From the sequence record KP869112: DNA of 64,000 bases. One strand, written 5' to 3'. This stretch comes from Escherichia coli O157 typing phage 14. The stretch's first letter is position 1. Every line of letters starts with the position of its first letter. Below the pieces are notes generated by a model. It was given only the letters and a program-made list of their open reading frames with translations, searched no databases and had not been told where the DNA came from. Made by a program: the position numbers and the translations under genes. Of this stretch, positions 9,940-18,045 are shown piece by piece.

Positions 9940-10015
9940 TGGTGCTGATGGCAGGACTTGAACCTGCAACCTATTGATTACAAATCAATTGCACTACCAA
10001 TTGTGCTACATCAGC
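9940..10015 (-). tRNA. tRNA-Thr (anticodon UGU)
   Basis: Acceptor GCTGATG/CATCAGC, D-stem GCAC/GTGC, anticodon stem ATTGA/TCAAT with loop UUUGUAA, T-loop TTCAAGT, CCA. Confidence 0.75.
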
Positions 10016-10022
10016 AAAAAGG

Positions 10023-10119
10023 TGCTAGGTGATGGAATCGAACCACCTATGTATTCAACGACTACCTCGTCTATTTTCAGGATTAAAAATCCTCGCCCTT
10101 GCCAAAGGGCTTACCTAGC
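10023..10119 (-). tRNA. atypical tRNA-like gene (Lys-like UUU anticodon loop, 29-nt variable region)
   Basis: Perfect 7-bp acceptor GCTAGGT/ACCTAGC, D-arm GCCC-TTTGGCAA-GGGC, T-arm GGTGG-TTCGATT-CCATC; anticodon arm GAGGA-UUUUUAA-UCCUG (G-G mismatch at 27-43). About 29 nt sit between anticodon and T stems, including an ACGA/TCGT hairpin. No complete encoded CCA. Confidence 0.5.
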
Positions 10120-10216
10120 TCAGTATGTTGACCATGTTGCTAGTCGGCGATGACGACTGTAACATTTGATAATCCGGTTCTGCTTCCGGCTTTCGCTTAA
10201 TTACAAGGTCAACAAT

Positions 10217-10308
10217 ATGGCCGAGGGTAATGGAATCGAACCATCATCAAGTCATCCTCAACGGGACGGTTTTCAAGACCGCTTGAGCACCATTGCTCCC
10301 TACCCTCA
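10217..10308 (-). tRNA. tRNA-Ser (anticodon UGA)
   Basis: Class II tRNA, 92 nt: acceptor TGAGGGT/ACCCTCG, anticodon stem GCGGT/ACCGT with loop CUUGAAA, long variable arm, T-loop TTCGATT, CCA. Confidence 0.7.
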
Positions 10309-10422
10309 TTTATAAACAATACTGATAATGACACTGATTTTCGAGCAGTTAGTGACTAGTATAAACGACGATAAATATCAATGCCATTATCTGTATGATT
10401 TATGCATTTAAAACTATAAATT

Positions 10423-10509
10423 TGGTGGGGAGTGGTGGAGTCGAACCACCCGAGTCGCAATGACAATAGATTTACAGTCTACACCGCTACCTCTACGGGA
10501 TAACTCCCC
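10423..10509 (-). tRNA. tRNA-Tyr (anticodon GUA)
   Basis: Acceptor GGGGAGT/ACTCCCC, anticodon stem GTAGA/TCTAT with loop CUGUAAA, long variable arm (class II, bacterial Tyr type), T-arm GGTGG-TTCGACT-CCACC, CCA. Confidence 0.7.
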
Positions 10510-10513
10510 AATT

Positions 10514-10588
10514 TGGCACCCCGTACTGGACTCGAACCAGTGTCAACGGCTTAGAAGGCCGCTGCTTTATCCACTAAGCTAACAGGGC
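10514..10588 (-). tRNA. tRNA-Arg (anticodon UCU)
   Basis: Acceptor GCCCTGT/ACGGGGT (two G.U pairs), D-stem GCTT/AAGC, anticodon stem GCGGC/GCCGT with loop CUUCUAA, T-arm ACTGG-TTCGAGT-CCAGT, CCA. Confidence 0.7.
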
Positions 10589-10684
10589 ACTGGGTGGCTT
10601 TCTTTTACACCTTAGCCGCCAGAAAAGGTGGGAGACCATGTTTACAATATTACACTGTTAAGCAAAGTTTGTCAAGAAAATATT

Positions 10685-11023
10685 TTAGCTATTGCTAACA
10701 GGTTGTATTTCTGTGGTAAATGGCATAAAAGGTGCTGGTTTTTCAGCCTCTTCTACTACCACCTCTTCCTCTTCACCAAACATCTCATCATATTCTTCCT
10801 GCATTCGGTCTGCCTTATCAAGAACATACTCTGCAATGCTTTGACGAATATTTTGTTTGGTTTTCGGGTCCAACATCAGCTCTCTTAAAACTTTGTGAGC
10901 TTCTGGAACCATCGCTATAAAAGATTCCTTCATATCAAGGATGTTCTTCTCTAGCTGAATGGCGTTGGACTCCTCTTTCAGAGGTCTGCCTCTACGGCGA
11001 CGCTTTTTAGTTGTATCCGCCAT
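10685..11023 (-). CDS. hypothetical basic protein (possible DNA-binding)
   Basis: Start at internal ATG 11023 (GGAGG SD). N-terminus KKRRRRGRP, acidic C-terminus. Confidence 0.45.
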   Translation of the reverse strand: MADTTKKRRRRGRPLKEESNAIQLEKNILDMKESFIAMVPEAHKVLRELMLDPKTKQNIRQSIAEYVLDKADRMQEEYDEMFGEEEEVVVEEAEKPAPFMPFTTEIQPVSNS

Positions 11024-11367
11024 GTTTCCTCCATTATCACGTGATAGGTGGATTTTATCATAGCAAATACTGATTGTCAAGTTCGCCGCAGGGTGGTATT
11101 CCCTGCGACTTGTCCAGCGTCCTGGACCAGCAAGACCCAACAAGTGGGTTACCAGAGCCCATTACCGCGCTTTGGCTAGACCTTATTACAGGTTGGCTGG
11201 GGTCACATCGTCATGTGCTGGCTGCCCCTACCATTTTAAGTGTGGTGCACTATCAAGCCCTCTAAGGGGAACTCAGACTTCTCCGAACCCTGTTTCAAAG
11301 CATCCGGAGATAAAGCCATCAAATTCATCTTTAAATTGGATATTCATCATGATACACGAAAACAACC

Positions 11368-11610
11368 TCATTGTAAAGCACAAATAAATAAAACATACTT
11401 AATTTGTTTGTTATCGGGCTCAGGGTAGAAGTAGAAGATCTTGCTATCACCGATCTGAACACCACCATCCCAACAGCATAACCCATAACCAGTATTCATA
11501 CAAGCTAAGTCGTTGGCAAAATCTATTGCATCATCCAGTGCACGAAATTCACCTTCATCTTCTAAATAATCCTCATTCATGGAACGAAAAACGAGCTTAA
11601 CCTTAAACAT
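11368..11610 (-). CDS. hypothetical protein
   Basis: 80-aa minus-strand ORF in a co-oriented gene block; no motif recognised. Confidence 0.35.
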   Translation of the reverse strand: MFKVKLVFRSMNEDYLEDEGEFRALDDAIDFANDLACMNTGYGLCCWDGGVQIGDSKIFYFYPEPDNKQIKYVLFICALQ

Positions 11611-11686
11611 AGCATTACCTGTAGACCTCGTAAGTTAAAATTGTATCACATCATATTGCAGATCTTATCAGGTAACATTATTTTTG

Positions 11687-11896
11687 TCAACAGATTCCGG
11701 CCTTATCCCTCCTGTCTGCATATTCTTTAATCGCAACCTCATCTGCATTGGTTACTAAATCTTCAAAGTAACTCTCAAGCTCCTCGTCAATGTCAGGAAA
11801 CCAACTCTTTTTCCTGTCAGTGTGAATAGCAGACTTGTTGAATTTATTACAGTTCTTTGCTACCGGATTGTTCATTAATCGCCCCTCAGCGTTCAT
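11687..11896 (-). CDS. hypothetical protein
   Basis: 69-aa minus-strand ORF; no motif recognised. Confidence 0.3.
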   Translation of the reverse strand: MNAEGRLMNNPVAKNCNKFNKSAIHTDRKKSWFPDIDEELESYFEDLVTNADEVAIKEYADRRDKAGIC

Positions 11897-12464
11897 AGTA
11901 AATCTTATTTAACATTACCTCATCCTTTGCAGAAAGGATATCAAGATATGCATCACCAAATCTTCCTGCAACAACCTCTGCATGATACATCACTTCGTTA
12001 ACATCGTCAAGAGTGATAACCGGATGACCATATCTTTCTGAATATTGTCTCAGGGTGCGATGTAACGAGTCGTCATCATATGCAGACTTTTTAATATCAC
12101 AAACACGACGAATAGCCTTGATGTCGAAAAAACCTGTGCGATACCACCCAAGAAAAAGGTTTCGTGCAGTGTCAACATCTACATTGATACCATCAAGAAC
12201 CTTATCTACAAGATAGCTGTCATCCTTTGGACCAGCGTCCTTAGTGCGAATGTAGTTGCCATCTTTTCCAGGCGATAGCTCCTTCTCATCCCCAACCTGC
12301 ATGCCATCATTTGGCGGTGTTAGCCACTTATCCGGATGCTTACGATCACGAGCGTTAGAATGATTACGCTGGAAACCGGGCTTCCACTTGAAAGTTTTCT
12401 CCATCTGTTCTTCATTCTGATAACGTTTTGCAATCTTTTCACGGTCATCTTTGCGTGAACCCAT
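11886..12464 (-). CDS. hypothetical protein
   Basis: 192-aa ORF downstream of the 700-bp non-coding block; no motif recognised. Confidence 0.45.
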   Translation of the reverse strand: MGSRKDDREKIAKRYQNEEQMEKTFKWKPGFQRNHSNARDRKHPDKWLTPPNDGMQVGDEKELSPGKDGNYIRTKDAGPKDDSYLVDKVLDGINVDVDTARNLFLGWYRTGFFDIKAIRRVCDIKKSAYDDDSLHRTLRQYSERYGHPVITLDDVNEVMYHAEVVAGRFGDAYLDILSAKDEVMLNKIYYER

Positions 12465-12968
12465 AGCTGCCTCCTCTTCAAGTTATAGAAAAACTCACTG
12501 TATCGCTTTGTAACGAGCTTTTCTATCAAACTGGTGCGATTGCCTTACCTGGTATAGTTTATATAGCTGTGGGGCTATTTAGGGGCCTCCTTGTCCGTTT
12601 CCACACATAAACTTTATCCAAACTCGCGCGGGAGACTCTTAACCGACTCCTTACGGCGCTGGCAAGCTTTCGTCGGTGGTCCACATTAGTGCTCGGCCTT
12701 TGGCCTGCGCTATCGCTTCGCTCCCACACATGTTAACATACCTGCATGTATGCACTTCTGTTATTGTGTGCACTATGGAGGCCCGGCATCTCGCCCCTCG
12801 TAGGCGAGTGCCAATGAAGGGCCGACACTATCCATAGTAAGCAATAAATTTAAAACATGGTACTTAGGATCTAGTATATTCTACATAAGTTAAGTATATG
12901 TACTTTAGTACCATAAGTACTAGATCTTTTATTTTTTATTATTTAGTTATTTTAGTTATATTCTTTAT

Positions 12969-13093
12969 GTGTCCGTATCACGGACAGTTAGTGTCCGTAT
13001 TACGGGCAGATGTGTCCGCGTGACGGACAGTAGTGTCCGTATTACGGGCAGATGTGTCCGCGTGACGGACAGTGGTGTCCGTATCACGGACAG
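12969..13093. repeat. array of six 19-bp palindromic repeats (iteron/operator-like)
   Basis: Units at 12969, 12991, 13012, 13033, 13054 and 13075 with 21-22 bp period. Three variants: A gtgtccgtatcacggacag, B gtgtccgtattacgggcag, C gtgtccgcgtgacggacag, in order A-B-C-B-C-A. Each unit is an inverted repeat (TGTCCG...CGGACA). An AT-rich stretch flanks it at 12923-12968. Confidence 0.85.
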
Positions 13094-13167
13094 TTGATAG
13101 CTTCTGTCCCATATCGAACATAAAACATACGAATCCTTATAGTACAGATATTTAAGTTTTTACTGGT

Positions 13168-13518
13168 CTAACCAGTTGTTGACATTCGAATAACTTCTTC
13201 TGGTGGCAAAACTTTGGAAAATGTGCATCTTTTACCTCTCCCCTGTGTGGATGTTTCAACCACTCCTGCACATTCTAAAGTTTTAACGCACGCTGCTGCT
13301 TTTGTTTTCTTTATCCCAACATCTGCTGCAATTTTCCTTGTGCTGGGTGTGAAGCGTGAATTTCCTCCAAGTTTATACCAGTTGTGCAGGTAGCAGTATA
13401 CGATCTTGTCATACAAGTCAAGAACAACAACCTCCCCAGTTGTGTCATTCAAAACTTTTGACATAGACAGTATTTCAAGGGGGACTTTAAGATATAGCAG
13501 CTTATCCCCATCTTTCAT
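13168..13518 (-). CDS. hypothetical protein, possible winged-helix DNA-binding protein
   Basis: 116 aa; segment STRKIAADVGIKKTKAAACVKTLECAGVV looks like a helix-turn-helix. Sits beside the repeat array. Confidence 0.35.
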   Translation of the reverse strand: MKDGDKLLYLKVPLEILSMSKVLNDTTGEVVVLDLYDKIVYCYLHNWYKLGGNSRFTPSTRKIAADVGIKKTKAAACVKTLECAGVVETSTQGRGKRCTFSKVLPPEEVIRMSTTG

Positions 13519-13565
13519 ATCTCCTGATTCTCCTTGTGTGGCAATTTTCTTTAAAATAGCAGGGA

Positions 13566-14120
13566 TTACTCCCCGCTGTCAATAGCAAAACTCATTGCAA
13601 TACGGTATGCCTCTTCTAATGGTAAGAGTCTCCCCCACACATCCCAACCGACATCAAGCTGCCTGCCAAACAACTGTTGTGTGGTTCCGTGAGCATGACC
13701 GAACAGTTGGACTGATCCGTGAGGCTTTCTGTTCCACTTTGCAAATTGGTAATGGCTCATACAGATCAAATTCTTGTTGTGGCGAAGCTCGTAATAATCT
13801 ACAACCTCGTGATAGAACTCTTTCATAATTCTGACAGTCGTCCTTGTGTCATGGTTGCCACGAACAAGAATAATATGTCCGTTCAACATATTTAGAATAT
13901 CTGGAAGTAATTTGTTGATATTCTTATCATTAGTGCACGCAATATCTCCCAAGTGGAACACAGTGTCTGCAGGTGACACAACAGAGTTCCACTCGGCGAT
14001 GATTCCCGCATTCATACTGTCAAGATTGTGATCATACTGAGATCTGTGTTTTTGACATGAATCAAACTCCATGACCCGCTGGTGGAGAAAGTGTGTGTCG
14101 CTTGTTACAAAGTATTTCAT
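13566..14120 (-). CDS. calcineurin-like metallophosphoesterase (candidate RNA-end healing phosphatase)
   Basis: Motifs SDTHF, HLGDIA, GNHD and FGHAHG in the order typical of binuclear metallophosphoesterases; start at ATG 14120, just after the kinase stop. Confidence 0.65.
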   Translation of the reverse strand: MKYFVTSDTHFLHQRVMEFDSCQKHRSQYDHNLDSMNAGIIAEWNSVVSPADTVFHLGDIACTNDKNINKLLPDILNMLNGHIILVRGNHDTRTTVRIMKEFYHEVVDYYELRHNKNLICMSHYQFAKWNRKPHGSVQLFGHAHGTTQQLFGRQLDVGWDVWGRLLPLEEAYRIAMSFAIDSGE

Positions 14121-14127
14121 ACATTCC

Positions 14128-14538
14128 TCATTTAAGTTTAATGCAGTTTTTAAGCTGGCGTTCCATACGATCCACAACCTTGTCTGGAACATCATGAATG
14201 CTTTTATTACCGTGGCGGTTTTCAACCACGATCACGGTATAACTATACCCATGACTGATTGCCATGTCAACATATTCCTGCACATGTTTTTCTTTTGTAA
14301 ACGTATTACTTACCACGATACGGTCGTATCCCATACGCATCATATCTTCTACGTTATCTTTGCACCATTTTGCTGCGAGTGTTACTTTACTTGCATCCCA
14401 GTTGTAATTGCCGTCATCGTCATACCAGAACATGTCGTTCTCAAAATGTGGATACAGACCTTCTAAAGATAGCGCATTTGCCAGTGTTGATTTGCCAGAC
14501 CCTGGCAGACCACGCACGATATATAGCATTTTAGACAT
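14128..14538 (-). CDS. pnk: polynucleotide 5'-kinase (T4 Pnk kinase-domain-like)
   Basis: P-loop GLPGSGKST, then acidic NDMFWYDDDG, IVVSNTF and IHDVPDKVVDRM, matching the layout of the T4 polynucleotide kinase domain as I recall it. Confidence 0.65.
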   Translation of the reverse strand: MSKMLYIVRGLPGSGKSTLANALSLEGLYPHFENDMFWYDDDGNYNWDASKVTLAAKWCKDNVEDMMRMGYDRIVVSNTFTKEKHVQEYVDMAISHGYSYTVIVVENRHGNKSIHDVPDKVVDRMERQLKNCIKLK

Positions 14539-14638
14539 AGCAATCCTCCGTTTTAATTTTAATGATAGTATACCTAACTGTTTTGTTAATTTCAAGTGTT
14601 GACACTAGGTTATTTGTGTGGCAGGATAGACTGACAAA

Positions 14639-15574
14639 ATGACAAATGAGGAACGTATGATGAAGTATTTTAATGCAGATGACCTAGTAGACAAAGGTCT
14701 TGTAACCAGTCGGTATTATCCAGATCTTGGATTAAAGATCTATAAATATGCCAGAAAAGTATTCTACAACAATCTGTGGCATTTGTCTCCGCGTTTACTG
14801 GAGTGCCGAGGTATTGTTGTTGGCAATGAGGGGAATGTTGTGGCATGGCCTTTCACAAAAGTATTCAACTTAGGAGAAAACTCCACCAACCTACCGGACA
14901 GTAAACTTGTTACTGCGGTAGAGAAAAAGAACGGATTCCTCGGTGTGGTATCATCTCATAAAGGTGAACTATTGTTCTCAACAACCGGGTCTCTTGATTC
15001 TCCATATTGTAACCTTGCAAAGGAAACCATCCAAGAGCAATGTGGTAATTTAGATCTTATCAAGAAGGTTATGGGCAATGAAAACATGACATTCATGTTT
15101 GAAATTTGTCACCCTTCAGATCCGCATATTGTTCAAGAAGACCATGGCGCATATTTGATAGGTTGCAGATATAATGATTCTGGAATAATGCTACCAGAAG
15201 CAGCTTTAGATGGGATTGCCAAATACCTTGGTGCAAAACGTCCTCACACTGTGCGTGAAATCCCGTTCAGCTATGCAAAAGAATTAGCTGCAGAAACAAG
15301 GGGCGAAGGGTATATGATCCGTAAGCCTTACTACCCTTATGACCTGCAGCTGAAGATCAAGTCTCCATACTATTTGGCACGGAAGGCCGTAATGAGAGGT
15401 AAAGCATGGAAGATTTGGGATGACGATATTTTTAAACGTGTTGACGAGGAGTTTTACGGTATGGTAAAATTTATTCGTAGCAACTATACAGAAGATGTGT
15501 GGAATTGCTTATTAGAGCAGGAGCGTCGCGAGATACTGGACTGCTATTTCCACAACGAGGACTATATGCAATGA
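14639..15574 (+). CDS. rnlA: RNA ligase, T4 Rnl1 family
   Basis: LLECRGIVV, KVFNLGEN and the motif I lysine in VEKKNGFLGVV (KxNG) match the T4 RNA ligase 1 N-terminal region as recalled (ALECRGIMF, KFFNLNEN, TKEDGSL); also EGYMIR and KIKSP motifs. Confidence 0.8.
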   Translation: MTNEERMMKYFNADDLVDKGLVTSRYYPDLGLKIYKYARKVFYNNLWHLSPRLLECRGIVVGNEGNVVAWPFTKVFNLGENSTNLPDSKLVTAVEKKNGFLGVVSSHKGELLFSTTGSLDSPYCNLAKETIQEQCGNLDLIKKVMGNENMTFMFEICHPSDPHIVQEDHGAYLIGCRYNDSGIMLPEAALDGIAKYLGAKRPHTVREIPFSYAKELAAETRGEGYMIRKPYYPYDLQLKIKSPYYLARKAVMRGKAWKIWDDDIFKRVDEEFYGMVKFIRSNYTEDVWNCLLEQERREILDCYFHNEDYMQ

Positions 15575-15921
15575 AGAAGTGGATTGTGTGGCTTGATGAT
15601 TTTAGAGATCCGTCAGATTATGGACTCCCAGACGCTCTGTGGCTAAAGAATTCTTCTGAATTTATGGATTTTCTTAATGATAAGAGAAAGCTCTACAGAC
15701 GCGTATCTGAATGGTATTTTGACAATGATCTAGGTGAAGTTCTTGAAGGGTACGACTGCTTCTCTGCGCTAGAGGAGAAACTTGTATTCGGAAAGCCACC
15801 ACTTATTGACAACGTGATTATTTTCGTGCATACTTCTAATCCATCGGCAGCTCGTAAATTTATGCTTGCTGCTGACTCATTCAAGAAGTTTGGAATAGAG
15901 ATCAAACAAAACATCTACTAA
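15571..15921 (+). CDS. hypothetical protein
   Basis: Start at ATG 15571 overlapping the ligase stop (ATGA); no motif recognised. Confidence 0.4.
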   Translation: MKKWIVWLDDFRDPSDYGLPDALWLKNSSEFMDFLNDKRKLYRRVSEWYFDNDLGEVLEGYDCFSALEEKLVFGKPPLIDNVIIFVHTSNPSAARKFMLAADSFKKFGIEIKQNIY

Positions 15922-15929
15922 GGACATTT

Positions 15930-16691
15930 ATGCGACGACTTATTGTTATTTCTGGTGCTGGTTTGAGCGCAGAATCTGGTATTCCCACCTTCCGATCTGG
16001 TAGCACTGCAATGTGGGAGAATTTCAGCATCGATGAGGTGTGCAACATCCACACCTTTGCCAAGAACTACTATAAGGTGCATGACTTTTACAATGCACGT
16101 CGTGTAGCGCTGGGCAGTGTTGATCCTAACCTTGCACATCTTCGGATCGCTGAGTGGTATTCCCGCTGGTCTGGTCGTGTGATCAACCTTACCACCAATG
16201 TAGATGATTTGCTGGAGCGTGCTGGTGTAAAACATGAAGATATTTTACATGTCCACGGGTATTTGCCTGAAATCACCTACGAAGATGCTGAAGGTAATGA
16301 TGTAATTAAAAATATCGGATACACGGAGGTAGATACAGGCAAGTATACCTGGGTTAAGCCCAATGTAGTGTTCTTCGGCGAGGTTGCTCCTAAGTATACA
16401 GACATGTATGACCTGTTGACATCTCTCACCAGCAATGATATGGTGATCCTAGTGGGTTGTTCTAACACAGTTATTAATTTTAACTGGGAATTGTTTCCTG
16501 CTACTTGTAAAGGAACAAAACTGCTGATTGTAAACAAGTATGATTCGCAGAGTGCAGATGGAAGTGGCATTTCACGTAGCGACCTTTATCAATATGAGGA
16601 TCGCGGGATCCCTGTATGGTTTAACGGTGCTGTTGACGCTTTCTCTGATAAAGCATTTATTGAAACTGTAGAAAACTTTATGGAACTTTAA
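15930..16691 (+). CDS. Sir2-family (sirtuin-like) NAD-dependent protein
   Basis: Canonical sirtuin motifs GAGLSAESGIPTFR, TTNVDDL, HVHG and VVFFGE, but no Cys4 zinc ribbon between the HG and FGE motifs. Confidence 0.75.
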   Translation: MRRLIVISGAGLSAESGIPTFRSGSTAMWENFSIDEVCNIHTFAKNYYKVHDFYNARRVALGSVDPNLAHLRIAEWYSRWSGRVINLTTNVDDLLERAGVKHEDILHVHGYLPEITYEDAEGNDVIKNIGYTEVDTGKYTWVKPNVVFFGEVAPKYTDMYDLLTSLTSNDMVILVGCSNTVINFNWELFPATCKGTKLLIVNKYDSQSADGSGISRSDLYQYEDRGIPVWFNGAVDAFSDKAFIETVENFMEL

Positions 16692-16704
16692 AAGGAGACC
16701 TTTA

Positions 16705-17418
16705 ATGCTGAATACTAAACTGATCGACAACCTGGAAAAACTGTCTCAGCCTGAAAACTACCTTTGGTCTGCCAATTGGGTGGAAAACTGGAACCGTGTG
16801 GCAGCTAAAGTGAAAAAATCATACACACCATTCGAATTACAGCTTAGCTTCATTGAGGAAGAGTTCAATGAGGTTTTGGAAGAGCTGGAGAAAGGTGATG
16901 GTGGAGATCACCTGCTAAAAGAGGCCTGCGATCTTCACGTTGTCACAAGTTATGCCGCTTATCTTGTTAATGATAATCACGAAAAGTGGTCAAACCTGTT
17001 TGATAATCCGCGAGGTCTTAAGTTCAAGATCGGCGAGTTCTATGATACACTGATCGCTGCGAAAAACACCTCTAAGCAAAGAGCGTCTGCTTACCGCTTA
17101 GCAGAGTTGTCAACAGCTTTGCTGTTCCAGCTTCGCGGCGATGTGTGCGGGATGATGCGTAAGGTTCTCAAATCGAATGACAGCAAGTTTGCACGGGTCA
17201 ACCATCTACGGTATTCACACGGTGCCAGTGCAGATATGCCTGCTGAACAACTAATCGAGTTGGAGATTAAAGATCTTGAACGACGCTTTGATGGTCGATA
17301 TGAAGGTTTTGTTGCCAAGGAAGAATTCTACAACGGTAATAAAGTTATCATATTCCTTGACAGTAAAGGTAAGATCATGAAGCCTTCGAGCTTCAAGGAT
17401 GTAACAGAGTATATTTAA
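16705..17418 (+). CDS. MazG-like nucleotide pyrophosphohydrolase
   Basis: EExxE...ExxD pattern (FIEEEFNEVLEEL...KEACDLHVV) typical of all-alpha NTP pyrophosphatases. Confidence 0.5.
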   Translation: MLNTKLIDNLEKLSQPENYLWSANWVENWNRVAAKVKKSYTPFELQLSFIEEEFNEVLEELEKGDGGDHLLKEACDLHVVTSYAAYLVNDNHEKWSNLFDNPRGLKFKIGEFYDTLIAAKNTSKQRASAYRLAELSTALLFQLRGDVCGMMRKVLKSNDSKFARVNHLRYSHGASADMPAEQLIELEIKDLERRFDGRYEGFVAKEEFYNGNKVIIFLDSKGKIMKPSSFKDVTEYI

Positions 17419-17480
17419 CAACATAGCCGGGATTACCCGGCTTTACTTATTATGGAAAGTATGCAGTGAGGTAGTTAGTT

Positions 17481-17789
17481 ATGTACAAGCATTCCAGAGA
17501 TCTTGAAAAAGATGCTGTGTTTGGCGATCAGATGAAGGAGCTGATCAAACTTATAGGTAGAATGGAAGATAAGTTTGACACTAAAATCTACATCGATAGC
17601 AAGATCTTCAACCACAAAATATGGACAAATGTGTGTGTTGGGCTACATGGTGATAAAGATATTGTAAATTTGGTTGTAATAAAGTTCATAGTGTGGCAGA
17701 ATAGGACTATACGTTATTCCGATCCACACTTACTTGTTTATCCTATAAAAGACCTACTACAGAAGGAGGACTGCAATGCCGTTATTTAA
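17481..17789 (+). CDS. hypothetical protein
   Basis: 102-aa plus-strand ORF; no motif recognised. Confidence 0.35.
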   Translation: MYKHSRDLEKDAVFGDQMKELIKLIGRMEDKFDTKIYIDSKIFNHKIWTNVCVGLHGDKDIVNLVVIKFIVWQNRTIRYSDPHLLVYPIKDLLQKEDCNAVI

Positions 17790-18045
17790 TCTTGCTAAAC
17801 CTGTAGAAGCCCACCAGTTTGACGGAAGCTCTTCATCAGTAGCTGATCTGCAACGGTGGATTGATACAGGTGTGTTTACATCGTCACCTGTTCGGACCAG
17901 AGATATTCGTCGCATGTGTGAGCTTGTCGAGCCTTTTGGTAACCTTGTCTTGTACCAGGGAGATTGGCTAGTTGACTTTATGGGAGACTGGTTGGTAATG
18001 AGTAAAGAAGAGATGTTTAAAATTTTTAAGGAAGAGGCCGAGTAA
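17776..18045 (+). CDS. hypothetical protein
   Basis: 89-aa ORF abutting the ligase start; no motif recognised. Confidence 0.35.
   Translation: MPLFNLAKPVEAHQFDGSSSSVADLQRWIDTGVFTSSPVRTRDIRRMCELVEPFGNLVLYQGDWLVDFMGDWLVMSKEEMFKIFKEEAE

Noticed and set aside
9789-9977. 62-aa plus-strand ORF
   Set aside because: Lies entirely across the minus-strand tRNA-Pro and CAU-anticodon tRNA genes; an artefact of structured RNA sequence.
10120-10216. Possible eighth tRNA between the atypical tRNA and tRNA-Ser
   Set aside because: A 5-bp stem with a 7-nt loop exists (AGTCG-TCATCGC-CGACT), but position 33 is C and there is no T-loop or acceptor pairing; treated as a spacer or degenerate remnant.
12969-13093. 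CRISPR array
   Set aside because: The units are 19-bp palindromes with only 2-3 bp between them and no spacers; an iteron/operator array.
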